Source: Gaiellales bacterium (GTDB lineage: Bacteria; Actinomycetota; Thermoleophilia; Gaiellales; JAICJC01). From it: a stretch of DNA of 56,778 nt. Position numbers and translations under genes: made by a program. The stretch is taken from contig DATNEO010000019.1 in NCBI GenBank assembly GCA_035553035.1, positions 1 to 56,778 on the forward strand, read 5' to 3'. Below, in pieces: positions 1-8,507 of this stretch; within the stretch, counting starts at the first letter, position 1; each line of letters opens with the position of its first letter. A model generated the notes under the pieces. It was given only the letters and a program-made list of their open reading frames with translations. It was not told where the DNA came from and made no database searches.

Positions 1-684
1 CAGCGTGGGCCGGGACGGCTGGTCACGCAGGAAGGCACAGAAGGCGTCCAGCTCGGTGGGGAAGCTCATCACGTAGGAGTGGGCCATGGTGCCGGTGGTG
101 GGGATGCCCCACTGCATGCCGGCGGCGACGGTGGCGGTGGCGACGGCGCCGCCGATGTAGGCGCAGCGGGCGGCGAGCACGCCGGCCTCGCCGCCGTGGG
201 CGCGGCGGAAGCCGAAGTCGAAGACGGGGCGGCCGGCGGCGGCCTGCACGATGCGGGCGGACTTGGTGGCGATCAGGGTCTGGAAGTTGACCTGGTTGAG
301 GAGGTAGGACTCGACCAGCTGGCAGACGAGGCGCGGGCCCTCGATGCGGAGTAGCGGCTCGGTGGCGTGGGCGACGGTGCCCTCGGGCATGGCGTCGAGG
401 TCGCCGTCGAAGCGGAGCCCGCGGAGCTCGTCAAGCAGCGGCCCCACGCAGGTGCCGGAGCGCTCGAGGTAGTCGAGCGAGCTGTCGTCGAAATGGAGTT
501 CTTGCAGGTAGCGCTCGGCGGTCCCGAGGCCGGCGGCGACCAGGTAGCCGCGGTCGCGGGGAAGCTCGCGAACGAACAGTTCGAAGGCGACACGGTCGGA
601 GGCGGTGCCCTGGGCCAGGTAGGAGGCGGCCATGGTCAGCTGGTAGCGGTCGGTCAGCAGCTCGGGTGGCGGGCAGAGCGTCAT
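1..684 (-). CDS. pncB: Nicotinate phosphoribosyltransferase, N-terminal 228 codons (C-terminus lies beyond the window start)
   Basis: My own reverse translation from ATG at 684 gives MTLCPPPELLTDRYQLTMAASYLAQGTASDRVAFELFVRELPRDRGYL..., carrying the TDxYQLTM N-terminal signature of NAPRTase. The frame stays open to position 1. An ATGA start/stop overlap links it to nrtR. It is absent from the ORF track because no stop lies inside the window. Confidence 0.8.
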   Translation of the reverse strand, partial: MTLCPPPELLTDRYQLTMAASYLAQGTASDRVAFELFVRELPRDRGYLVAAGLGTAERYLQELHFDDSSLDYLERSGTCVGPLLDELRGLRFDGDLDAMPEGTVAHATEPLLRIEGPRLVCQLVESYLLNQVNFQTLIATKSARIVQAAAGRPVFDFGFRRAHGGEAGVLAARCAYIGGAVATATVAAGMQWGIPTTGTMAHSYVMSFPTELDAFCAFLRDQPSRPTL

Positions 685-1382
685 GTCGCGCGCCGGTAGC
701 GGGCGCTCTCGGCCAGGATCCGGGGCTCGCGCTCGGCGAAGCGGTAGATGGTGGCCGGCCGGCCACCTGTGGGGCGCTCGCCGGCCTCGGCCAAGACGCC
801 CCACCCCAGCGCGATGCGGCGGAAGTTGTTGGGCTCGAAGGCCCGGCCGATGCCGGCCTCGTAGACGTGACGCAGCTCGGTCATGGTGAACCGCTCGGGC
901 AGCATGCTCCAGGCGACGTTCTGGTACTCGAGCTTGTAGGCCAGCCGGCGGCGGGCGTACTGGAGGATGCGGTCGTGGTCGAAGGCCAACACCGGGCCGC
1001 TGTCGATCTCGGCCAGCAGCTCCTCGAGCGGGCGCCAGGCCGCCTCGCGGGCGTCCGACCCAGGACGCAGCGAGACGCGGCCGCCGTCCACCAGGGCCAG
1101 GTAGCAGCAGGAGATGACGCGACCTCGGGGGTCGCGGTCCTGCTCGGAGAAGGTGGCCAGCTGCTCCATGAAAACGTCCGAGACGCCGGTCTCCTCGCGC
1201 AGCTCGCGCTCGGCGGCCTGCTCGAGCGTCTCGTCCGGGTGCAGGCCACCGCCCGGCAGCGCCCAGTAGCTCTCGTAGGGCTCATACCGCCGGCGCACGA
1301 GCAGCACCTGCATGGCGCCCTCGAGAAAGGCGAACGCCGCCACATCGGCGGCCACCTTCGGATGTGCTGGGTCGCTGACCAC
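681..1382 (-). CDS. nrtR: Nudix-related transcriptional regulator (NrtR-like): Nudix domain plus C-terminal winged-helix domain
   Basis: Nudix box LPGGGLHPDETLEQAAERELREETGV. C-terminal part (LTMTELRHVYEAGIGRAFEPNNFRRI...) resembles the NrtR DNA-binding domain. GTG start at 1382. Overlaps the pncB start (ATGA). Confidence 0.7.
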   Translation of the reverse strand: MVSDPAHPKVAADVAAFAFLEGAMQVLLVRRRYEPYESYWALPGGGLHPDETLEQAAERELREETGVSDVFMEQLATFSEQDRDPRGRVISCCYLALVDGGRVSLRPGSDAREAAWRPLEELLAEIDSGPVLAFDHDRILQYARRRLAYKLEYQNVAWSMLPERFTMTELRHVYEAGIGRAFEPNNFRRIALGWGVLAEAGERPTGGRPATIYRFAEREPRILAESARYRRAT

Positions 1383-1430
1383 TTATAGACCTCGTGACGA
1401 TATTAGCAACTCGGGCGTCGGCCTGCCCGC

Positions 1431-1465
1431 CGTGCAACACCCACGCCTGGCACCGGTGTTGCACG
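1431..1465. repeat. Perfect 11-bp inverted repeat CGTGCAACACC-N13-GGTGTTGCACG (hairpin or operator)
   Basis: Read directly from the sequence. Lies between the aldehyde dehydrogenase stop (1584) and the nrtR start (1382). Confidence 0.5.
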
Positions 1466-1491
1466 AATTCCGATAGCAAATCGGCGTCTCA

Positions 1492-1506
1492 CTACGAAAT
1501 TCGTAG
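1492..1506. promoter_or_regulatory. 15-bp palindrome CTACGAAATTCGTAG, candidate NrtR operator 1
   Basis: Near-perfect palindrome in the lower-GC region upstream of nrtR-pncB. Its reverse complement recurs 31 bp away. Confidence 0.55.
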
Positions 1507-1522
1507 AATCAGGGCCTGTTTT

Positions 1523-1537
1523 CTACGAATTTCGTAG
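1523..1537. promoter_or_regulatory. 15-bp palindrome CTACGAATTTCGTAG, candidate NrtR operator 2
   Basis: Exact reverse complement of the 1492-1506 site. Flanks extend the similarity to about 19 bp (ACTACGAAATTCGTAGAAT versus TTCTACGAATTTCGTAGTT). Confidence 0.55.
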
Positions 1538-1583
1538 TTTGGACCGCAACGCCGGTGCCAGGCGCCGGCGTTGCGCCCGCGCC

Positions 1584-2981
1584 CTACCGCGAGGGAGAGA
1601 TCAGGATCGTGCGGGTCGATGTGTAGAACTCGCGCGCGGCCCGGCCCTGCTCGCGCGGCCCGAAGCCGGAGGCCTTCTCGCCACCGAACGGCACGTGGAA
1701 GTCGACGCCGGAGGTGGGCTGGTTGATCCGGACGAGCCCGGTGTCGAGGTTGCGGGCGAGCTCCAGCGCGCGGTCGAGGTCGCGCGTGTAGACGCCGGTG
1801 GAAAGGCCGTAGCGAACACCTCGAGCGATCTCGGCAGCGGCGGTGGCATCCGGCGCCGCCAGCAGCGCGCAGACGGGGGCGAACACCTCCTGCTGGGCGA
1901 CCTCGGCGGCGGGGTCGTCGGTCTCGATCAGGGTCGGCTGCAGGTAGTTGCCGGGAGCGTCCACGGCGTCTCCACCCGTGATGAGGCGGCCACCCGCGTC
2001 CTTCGCTCGATCGATGGCATCCAACGCACGCTCGCGCGCCGCCGACGTGATCAGCGGCCCCACCTGGCAGCCGGGATCCTCCGGCCCCTCAACCACCATC
2101 CGCCCGATCGCGTCGGCCAGCGCGTCACGCATGTCCGACAGCACCGGCTGCTCGCAGATCACCCGCCCGGTGGCCGTGCACTTCTGACCGGCGTAGGCCA
2201 TCGCGGCCGACGCGATCATGCCGGCTGCCGCCTCGACGTCCGCGTCGGCCAGCACCACTGCCGCGTTCTGGCCACCCATCTCGCACTGCGCAGCTGCGCC
2301 CCGCTCCGCCAGCACCACCGCCACGCCGTGACCGACCGCCTCCGAGCCCGTGAACGAGACGGCCGCAACTCCCGGATGCGCGACCAGCGCTGAGCCCGCC
2401 TCGCCGGCACCCTGTGTCAGCTCGACGACGCCATCGGGAAGTGCGTCCCGCAGCAGCTCGAACACCGCGGCCGCGCACGCCGGCGCGTGCTCGCTCGGCT
2501 TCCACACGCAGACGTTGCCGTACGCCAGCGCCGGCGCCAGCTTCCAGAGCGGTATGGCCACCGGGAAGTTCCAGGGCGTGATCAGCCCCACCACTCCCCG
2601 CGGCTCCCGCCGCGTCAGCAGCAGAGAGCGTCCGTCCGCCGGCGGGAACGACTCGCCGTCCGGATCGAGCGCCACCTGCGCGTAGAACCGCAGGATCGCG
2701 ACCGCCCGCGCCAGCTCGCCGCGCGCCTCCGTGATCGGCTTTCCGACCTCGCGCACGACCAGTGCTGCCAGCTCCTGCGATTTTGCCTCGAGCGCGTCCG
2801 CGACGGCCGCCAGCCCGGCCCCGCGCGCCGCTGCCGGAGTGCGCGCGTACCCGCGGGCGGCCGCCGCCGCGTGCTCCACCGCCCGGTCGACCTCGATGCC
2901 GCCGGCCGGGGTGACGGTCGTCACCACGTCGTCGGGCGACGCCGGGTTGACGCTGACGATCTCGGCCGACGTGGCGGACAT
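1584..2981 (-). CDS. NAD(P)-dependent aldehyde dehydrogenase family protein
   Basis: 465-aa ORF with ALDH family hallmarks (FTGSEAVG, EMGGQNA, GQKCTA catalytic Cys region, PFGGEKASG). Confidence 0.9.
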   Translation of the reverse strand: MSATSAEIVSVNPASPDDVVTTVTPAGGIEVDRAVEHAAAAARGYARTPAAARGAGLAAVADALEAKSQELAALVVREVGKPITEARGELARAVAILRFYAQVALDPDGESFPPADGRSLLLTRREPRGVVGLITPWNFPVAIPLWKLAPALAYGNVCVWKPSEHAPACAAAVFELLRDALPDGVVELTQGAGEAGSALVAHPGVAAVSFTGSEAVGHGVAVVLAERGAAAQCEMGGQNAAVVLADADVEAAAGMIASAAMAYAGQKCTATGRVICEQPVLSDMRDALADAIGRMVVEGPEDPGCQVGPLITSAARERALDAIDRAKDAGGRLITGGDAVDAPGNYLQPTLIETDDPAAEVAQQEVFAPVCALLAAPDATAAAEIARGVRYGLSTGVYTRDLDRALELARNLDTGLVRINQPTSGVDFHVPFGGEKASGFGPREQGRAAREFYTSTRTILISPSR

Positions 2982-2994
2982 CGCGCGGCCGCAG

Positions 2995-3084
2995 CTATTT
3001 CGAGACGTGGACCACGAAGGCCAGCAGCAACAGCAGCACCGCCACCATCAGCAGCACCCACCAGCGAGACAATGACTCGTTCAC
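2995..3084 (-). CDS. Possible 29-aa single-pass membrane peptide
   Basis: GTG start preceded by GAGGGAG 5 nt upstream. Sequence VNESLSRWWVLLMVAVLLLLLAFVVHVSK. Ends 13 nt before the ALDH start. Very short, so weakly supported. Confidence 0.3.
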   Translation of the reverse strand: MNESLSRWWVLLMVAVLLLLLAFVVHVSK

Positions 3085-3151
3085 GCGCTCCCTCTCGTCG
3101 TCCACAAACGGCTCAGGAGCGGAGTCTACAAAGGATGCGGGCTGGCCTGCT

Positions 3152-3628
3152 ATGGGAGTCGAGCGTACGCGGCCGCGGTCGACGATACTGGCGCACATGC
3201 ACCGCTGGCTGACCCAGGGACTGCAACGACGGCCAAGGTGGGACCTCTTTGCGCTGCTCGCGCGACTGGCGGCGGGTGCGGTCTTCGTCGGGTTTGGGCT
3301 CGGCAAGTTCCTTCGCCACGAGTCCGAACGAGACGCGTTCGAGCGCTACGAGATCCCGTTTCCCGACGCCGCGACCTACCTCATCGGCGGTCTTGAACTG
3401 ATCGGCGGGGTGGCCCTGCTGCTCGGCTTGTTCGTGCGCCCCTTCGCCTTCCTGCTGGCCTGCAACATGATCGGAGCGATCATCACGGCAGGACGCACGG
3501 AGGGCGGCCCGGTGCACCTGCTGCTGACGCCGGCGCTGCTGGCGGTCACCCTGTTCCTGCTGTGGGCGGGTGGCGGGACCGCGTCCCTCGATGGTCGCCG
3601 CGCCTCCCGACGCACAGGTGCAGCCTGA
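3152..3628 (+). CDS. DoxX family membrane protein
   Basis: Four predicted TM segments and a DoxX-like N-terminus (LLARLAAGAVFVGFGLGKF). The true start may be ATG 3197, which has GATACT 7 nt upstream. Confidence 0.75.
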   Translation: MGVERTRPRSTILAHMHRWLTQGLQRRPRWDLFALLARLAAGAVFVGFGLGKFLRHESERDAFERYEIPFPDAATYLIGGLELIGGVALLLGLFVRPFAFLLACNMIGAIITAGRTEGGPVHLLLTPALLAVTLFLLWAGGGTASLDGRRASRRTGAA

Positions 3629-3643
3629 CGGCCGAGTCGGTCG

Positions 3644-3901
3644 CTACGCCCCGCCCCCTGGGCGTCTTTGCACGGAGAACGGGCAGACGCAGCGCCGATC
3701 GGCCGGCCGCCGGTGACCCTCGTGATGACGCGGTGCCCGCTGCTGGTGGACGCGGTGGCGGCGGCCATGTCCCGAGACGGCCTGCGCCAGATCGACCGCC
3801 ATGCCCTCGACCGGCGTGTGGAAGCGCACGAGAGCACACGCGGCAACCAGCACCAGCAGCACCAGCGCCAGGTACTCGACCGTCGATTGACCACGCTGCA
3901 T
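3644..3901 (-). CDS. Flp/TadE-like prepilin candidate
   Basis: N-terminus MQRGQSTVEYLALVLLVLVAACALV has the G/xxxxEY class III signal-peptide pattern followed by a hydrophobic helix. It is paralogous in motif to the 17176-17418 gene. The Arg-rich C-terminal half looks poor, so the 3' boundary is uncertain. Confidence 0.4.
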   Translation of the reverse strand: MQRGQSTVEYLALVLLVLVAACALVRFHTPVEGMAVDLAQAVSGHGRRHRVHQQRAPRHHEGHRRPADRRCVCPFSVQRRPGGGA

Positions 3902-3925
3902 GCGGTCCACCGTATGGACGCAACC

Positions 3926-3952
3926 GTCACGTGCGCGGGACGACCTGTCACG
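3926..3952. promoter_or_regulatory. Two direct GTCACG repeats 21 bp apart (CCGTCACGTG / CTGTCACGAG)
   Basis: Read from the sequence. Located 25-51 nt upstream of the Flp-like gene start at 3901. The same arrangement occurs upstream of the second Flp-like gene. Confidence 0.4.
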
Positions 3953-3987
3953 AGTGTGCAACAACGCCGGTCGACGGCTGCATTCGC

Positions 3988-3993
3988 TAGGGT
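3988..3993 (+). promoter_or_regulatory. -10 like hexamer TAGGGT, 6 nt upstream of ATG 4000 (leaderless mRNA predicted)
   Basis: TAnnnT pattern, 6-nt spacer, and no Shine-Dalgarno sequence. Confidence 0.4.
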
Positions 3994-3999
3994 CGCCCG

Positions 4000-4884
4000 A
4001 TGAGCGTCGAGCGCATGCAGTTGCCGGACGGCCGCGTCTTCGAGTACAGCGCGGCCGGCGACCCAGACCGGGAGCTGTTGGTCTTCTGCGTCGGGACGCC
4101 GAGCGCCGTCGTCGATTTTCCCTACGTCGCAGAGGCCGCCGCAGCCCGCGGCCTGCGATCGGTGATCTGCTCACGGCCCGGGTACGGCGGATCGACGCGC
4201 AACGAGGGACGCACGGTGGCGGACGCGGCCGCCGACACAGCGGCGCTGGCCGATCACCTGGGCGCGGAGCGCTTCCTGGTGGCCGGCTGGTCGGGCGGGG
4301 GCTCCACCGCGCTGGCCTGTGCTTCCCTGCTCCCCGACAGGGTGCGAGCCGCCGTGACCATGGCCGGCACCGCTCCGCCGGACGAGGCCGGCGACGTCTG
4401 GACGACGTGGTTTCCGCCGCCACTGGTCGAGGAGATCCGGGCGCTTACGACGAAGCCTCCAGCCGAACTGGTGCCCGAGTATGAGCAGGGTGCGAAAGGG
4501 TTTGCCGCGCTGACCGGTGAGCAACTGACGCTCTCGGAAAACCAGAGCGCCGCCGACAAGGCCGCGCTGATCGAGGTGCCCGAGGTCGCGGAGTGGCTGG
4601 CCCAGTCGATCAAATCAGCGGTGTCCTCCGGGATCTGGGGATGGCTGGACGATGACCTGGCCTGGGCGCGCCCTTGGGGATTTGACGTGGCCGACATCCG
4701 GGTGCCGGTGATCGTCCGGCACGGCGACGAGGACGGCTTCGTTTCGATCGCCCAGGGCCGCTGGCTGGCGGCTCACATCCCGGGCGCACGGCTCGACGAG
4801 ATGCCGGGCGGCGGACACACGACCGTCGGCGTCCCCATCGACCCCGTGATCACGGGCCTGCTCGACGCCGCCGGACCGCGGTGA
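4000..4884 (+). CDS. Alpha/beta hydrolase fold protein
   Basis: Nucleophile elbow GWSGG, plus the C-terminal HGDEDG...GGGH pattern typical of the fold. Confidence 0.85.
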   Translation: MSVERMQLPDGRVFEYSAAGDPDRELLVFCVGTPSAVVDFPYVAEAAAARGLRSVICSRPGYGGSTRNEGRTVADAAADTAALADHLGAERFLVAGWSGGGSTALACASLLPDRVRAAVTMAGTAPPDEAGDVWTTWFPPPLVEEIRALTTKPPAELVPEYEQGAKGFAALTGEQLTLSENQSAADKAALIEVPEVAEWLAQSIKSAVSSGIWGWLDDDLAWARPWGFDVADIRVPVIVRHGDEDGFVSIAQGRWLAAHIPGARLDEMPGGGHTTVGVPIDPVITGLLDAAGPR

Positions 4885-4889
4885 GTCTT

Positions 4890-5756
4890 TCAGCCGGCGA
4901 GGAACGTGCCAACGGATCTTGACGCTGCCAGCGCCAGCGCCGTCATCACCGGCAACATCGCCGCCGGCACCAGCAGGAACACCACCACCAGCAGGATCCG
5001 AGGAGCCGCCTTTGCTGCTCGCTCCTGCACCGCCCGGGCCTGCTCGGTGCGCGTCCGTGCGGCCTGACGGCGCAGTCCCGCGGCCAGCGGCACACCCAGC
5101 CGATCGCTGATCCGAAGCGCGGTCGCCAGCCGCTTCAGCGACGGCGACGCCGTGCGCTCGCCGAGGTCGCGCAGCTCCGCCGCGCGGCGGTTCCCGAGCG
5201 CCAGGTTGGCGGACACGGTCTCCAACTCCGCCCGCAGCGGCCCCGATGCCGAGGTGACCGCCCCCCGGATCGCATCGTCGATCGAGATGCCCGCCGCCAC
5301 CGCCGAGGCGATCAGGTCGATTGCGAGCGGCGCCTGCCGCTCGATCTGATCCGCACGCCGCGTCGCCGCAGAGCGCAGCCACAGGTCGGGAAACAGCCAG
5401 CCGAACCCGGCGCAGGCCGCGGCAACTACGAGGCCGATAGGCGACTGTAGGAGCAGCAGCCCGGCCGCACCCACCGACGCGAACGTCACCAGCGAGCCCA
5501 GCCGTGCGTCGTCGACGTCCTGCTCGCCCAACCGGGCGCCCAGGCCAGATCGCTCGATCAGCCGATCGCGCCGGAACGGCGGTGCCGGGCAACGCAGACC
5601 CAGCTGCCGGCAGGCCTGGCCTGCCGCCACCAGCGCGTCCAGCCGGTGCGTGACCCGGCGCGCATCGCGGCCGTTCAGCTGTCGATCGCGCCGCCACGCG
5701 GCCCGCGCCTCCGCCGCTGCCACCAGGCACGCGGCCAGCAGCAGCCAGCGGATCAC
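4890..5756 (-). CDS. tadC: Type II secretion system F family protein (TadC-like)
   Basis: Polytopic membrane protein with a T2SSF-like cytoplasmic domain. GTGA overlap with tadB. Last gene of the tad operon. Confidence 0.75.
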   Translation of the reverse strand: MIRWLLLAACLVAAAEARAAWRRDRQLNGRDARRVTHRLDALVAAGQACRQLGLRCPAPPFRRDRLIERSGLGARLGEQDVDDARLGSLVTFASVGAAGLLLLQSPIGLVVAAACAGFGWLFPDLWLRSAATRRADQIERQAPLAIDLIASAVAAGISIDDAIRGAVTSASGPLRAELETVSANLALGNRRAAELRDLGERTASPSLKRLATALRISDRLGVPLAAGLRRQAARTRTEQARAVQERAAKAAPRILLVVVFLLVPAAMLPVMTALALAASRSVGTFLAG

Positions 5757-6319
5757 GGCGCCACCTCGGCCAGCTTGCCGATCACCGCCAGACCCGCCGC
5801 GGTCGCCGCCGCGGAGACGGCCAGAGAGCCTAATCCCAGCGGCGAGGCAAGCAGCGCCGCCATCGCAGATGAGTCGATCAAGCCCAGACCCAGCACCGAC
5901 ACCAGGGGCATCGCGGCCACCATGCGCGCCGTGGCGCGCGCCTGCGCCGTGGCCACCTCGGCCGCCCGCCGCTGGGCATCGCGCTCAACCAGCGCCTCCG
6001 CCAGGCCGTCGAGCAGGGTCGCAAGGTCGCCGCCGACGCGCAACTGAACGGCGACCGCCGACGCCAGCACCGACGCGTCCGGGCCGCCGCGTAGCCCGGT
6101 CAGCGCCTCGGTCGGGGGCATGCCGAGCCTGATCGCCGCAGCCGCGACGGTGAGCTCCGATCGCGCCGGCTCGGGCATGTCCTCCGTCACGTCGCCGATT
6201 GCCTGGGCCAGCGTGCGACCGGCTCGTACGTGCGCCGCCAGCTCCACCGCCACCAGGTGCATTTGACCCGCCACCGCCCGCTCGCGCCGAGCCTGTGACC
6301 GGCGGGTCAGCAGCCGCAT
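5753..6319 (-). CDS. tadB: Type II secretion system F family protein (TadB-like)
   Basis: T2SSF-like sequence (LAQAIGDV...LTVAAAAIRLGMP...) followed by TM helices. 13-nt overlap with cpaF. Confidence 0.7.
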   Translation of the reverse strand: MRLLTRRSQARRERAVAGQMHLVAVELAAHVRAGRTLAQAIGDVTEDMPEPARSELTVAAAAIRLGMPPTEALTGLRGGPDASVLASAVAVQLRVGGDLATLLDGLAEALVERDAQRRAAEVATAQARATARMVAAMPLVSVLGLGLIDSSAMAALLASPLGLGSLAVSAAATAAGLAVIGKLAEVAP

Positions 6320-7455
6320 CGCAGCTCCCGCAGCTGTGCCAGCAGCTCGACATCAAGCCGCCGCAGCTCCCCTTCCGCCCGATCGTGCCCGTCCAGCGAC
6401 CGCACGAACCGCCTCCCGTCGGCGGCACGAGATACGTGCACGACCACGTCGACGGCGGCGAACACCTGCTCCCGTGCCGCGGCGTGTGGAAGCTCCAGCC
6501 CGGCCATCAACACCATCGTCTCGATCCGCCGCATCGCATCCGCCGGCGACGAGGCGTGCACGGTCGTCAGCGACCCATCGTGGCCAGTGTTCATCGCCTG
6601 CAGCATGTCCAGCGCCTCGGGACCGCGCACCTCGCCGACCACGATCCGGTCGGGCCGCATGCGAAGCGCGTTTCGCACCAGCGCGCGGAGCTCGATCGCA
6701 CCTCTGCCCTCGACGTTCGCCGGCCTCGTCTCCAGGCGCGCCACGTGCGGCTGGGCCAGACGCAGCTCGGCCGCGTCCTCAACCGTGACGATGCGTTCGT
6801 CACGCCCGATGTATGCCGCCATTGCGTTCAGGAGCGTCGTCTTGCCGGTTCCGGTGCCGCCGCTGACAACGACGTTCAGCCGGCCCCCCACACACGCGCC
6901 CAGCAGCTCGGCCTGGGACGGCGTCAGCGAACCCCGCGCAAGCATGTCGTCGATCGAAAGACCCTCGGCCGCGAACCGCCTGATCGTCAGCAGCGGCCCG
7001 TCCAGCGCGACCGGCGGAAGCACCGCGTTGACGCGGCTGCCGTCGGGCAGGCGCGCGTCGACCATCGGACTGGACTCGTCGACGCGCCGGCCGACCGCGG
7101 TCACGATCCGCTCGATCACATGGCGCAGGTGCGCCTCGTCCTCGAACCGAATCTGCTCCCGCCGCAGCAACCCGCGCCGCTCGGCGTACACGTGATCTGG
7201 CCCGTTCGCGATCACCTCGGTCACGTCTGGGTCGCGCATCAGCGGCTCGAGCGGCCCCGCGCCGAGCGCGTCGTCGAGCATGGCCTCGACCAGTCGATCG
7301 AGGTCACCCGGCGGCAGCGCCACCTCGCTGCGCAATAAGGCTCGCGTGCGCGCGGCCAGCGCGGCCCGCGGATCGGAGCCGGTAACTCCGTGCTCGAGCA
7401 CCTCACGGCGAATGCGGTCGCGGTAGCGCGCAACGAGGGCGGCCGGATCGGTCAC
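6307..7455 (-). CDS. cpaF: Tad pilus assembly ATPase CpaF/TadA
   Basis: Walker A VVSGGTGTGKTTLLNAM, VTVEDAAEL, and the GEVRG and TGHDGSLTTVHA motifs of the VirB11/CpaF family. Start set to GTG 7455 (GTGA overlap) rather than the longer ORF. Confidence 0.9.
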   Translation of the reverse strand: MTDPAALVARYRDRIRREVLEHGVTGSDPRAALAARTRALLRSEVALPPGDLDRLVEAMLDDALGAGPLEPLMRDPDVTEVIANGPDHVYAERRGLLRREQIRFEDEAHLRHVIERIVTAVGRRVDESSPMVDARLPDGSRVNAVLPPVALDGPLLTIRRFAAEGLSIDDMLARGSLTPSQAELLGACVGGRLNVVVSGGTGTGKTTLLNAMAAYIGRDERIVTVEDAAELRLAQPHVARLETRPANVEGRGAIELRALVRNALRMRPDRIVVGEVRGPEALDMLQAMNTGHDGSLTTVHASSPADAMRRIETMVLMAGLELPHAAAREQVFAAVDVVVHVSRAADGRRFVRSLDGHDRAEGELRRLDVELLAQLRELRCGC

Positions 7456-8507
7456 GCGACCAGCTCCCCGAGCAGCTCCTCCACGGCGGGATGCGGTCGC
7501 CCTTCCGATCCCGGCAGCACGCCTTCGCGCACGACCGCGACCACAGGCACGCCCACCGACCGTTCGATCCCGCGGAGGGACATCTCGCCGCCGCGCGACC
7601 ACCGGTTGACCACGAGCCCCACCGACCCACCGGGAACGCCCTGGCGATCGAGCCACGATGCCGCGCGCGCTGCGCAGTCGACGACGGCCGGGTGCGGTGT
7701 CGCCACCAGCAGCGAACGGTCGGCGCTGACCGCCACCGCCAGGGTGTGCTCGCCGGTGGCCACCCCCAGGTCCGTCAAGGTCAGCGCCGCCACTGCCCTG
7801 CTCTCGCGGACGAGTGCCCGGGCCAGGTCGGGCGACACCATCTCGGTCGCGCCCGCGTCGGCCGACCGTCCCACCAGCTGCATCCCGTCAGGATGGGTGC
7901 AGACGAGCGATCGCAGCGCGTCGGCGCTGAGCGCGTCATCCAGTCCGGCGACGTCCGCCAGGCTCCTGCGTGGGGCACAGCCCAGTCGCTGAGCGGCGTC
8001 GTCGAAGCCTCCGGCCATGTCGATCAGGAGACCGCGACCCGCACGGGCGACGCTCGTGGCCAGTGCGCTGACGCCGCAGCCACCCTTCGCTCCGCAGATC
8101 GCGACCACCCGGCCCGCCTGCCTGCGGGACTCCTGCTCGAGGCGGGCACCGGCGGCGCTGCCGACCGACCGCACAAGCTCGTCCGCATCGGGCGGGAGGC
8201 CGATCACGCCCCGGGCGCCCACGGCCAGCGCCGCCCGGTGGGCTGCGATGTCCGGGGCCGCCGTCGCGACGATCACGGGCACTCCGCCACACGTACGGAT
8301 CAGCGGCGCGGCCAGCTCGATCGCGGTCTGTCCCGCCGCGTCGCAGGCCAGGATCACATCGCAGACGGGTCGCAGCCCGGATATCGCGGCGGCCGGTTCC
8401 AGCACGCCGCCGCAGACCAGGCCTGCAGCCGATTCGATCACCGCGACGACGCCCGCCGCCACGGCAGGATCGCCGCCGACAACCAGGCATCGTCGCTCCG
8501 AGCTCAC
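7452..8507 (-). CDS. cpaE: CpaE-like pilus assembly protein (degenerate receiver domain plus ParA/MinD-type ATPase)
   Basis: N-terminal REC-like domain lacking the usual acidic pocket. Deviant Walker A AICGAKGGCGVSALA. GTG 8507 overlaps the cpaB stop (GTGA). Confidence 0.75.
   Translation of the reverse strand: MSSERRCLVVGGDPAVAAGVVAVIESAAGLVCGGVLEPAAAISGLRPVCDVILACDAAGQTAIELAAPLIRTCGGVPVIVATAAPDIAAHRAALAVGARGVIGLPPDADELVRSVGSAAGARLEQESRRQAGRVVAICGAKGGCGVSALATSVARAGRGLLIDMAGGFDDAAQRLGCAPRRSLADVAGLDDALSADALRSLVCTHPDGMQLVGRSADAGATEMVSPDLARALVRESRAVAALTLTDLGVATGEHTLAVAVSADRSLLVATPHPAVVDCAARAASWLDRQGVPGGSVGLVVNRWSRGGEMSLRGIERSVGVPVVAVVREGVLPGSEGRPHPAVEELLGELVA

Noticed and set aside
3376-4423. 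Long minus-strand ORFs 3376-3951 and 3644-4423.
   Set aside because: Both are antisense to DoxX and the hydrolase gene, and both are Arg/Pro-rich. Only the short Flp-like portion starting at ATG 3901 has a meaningful motif.
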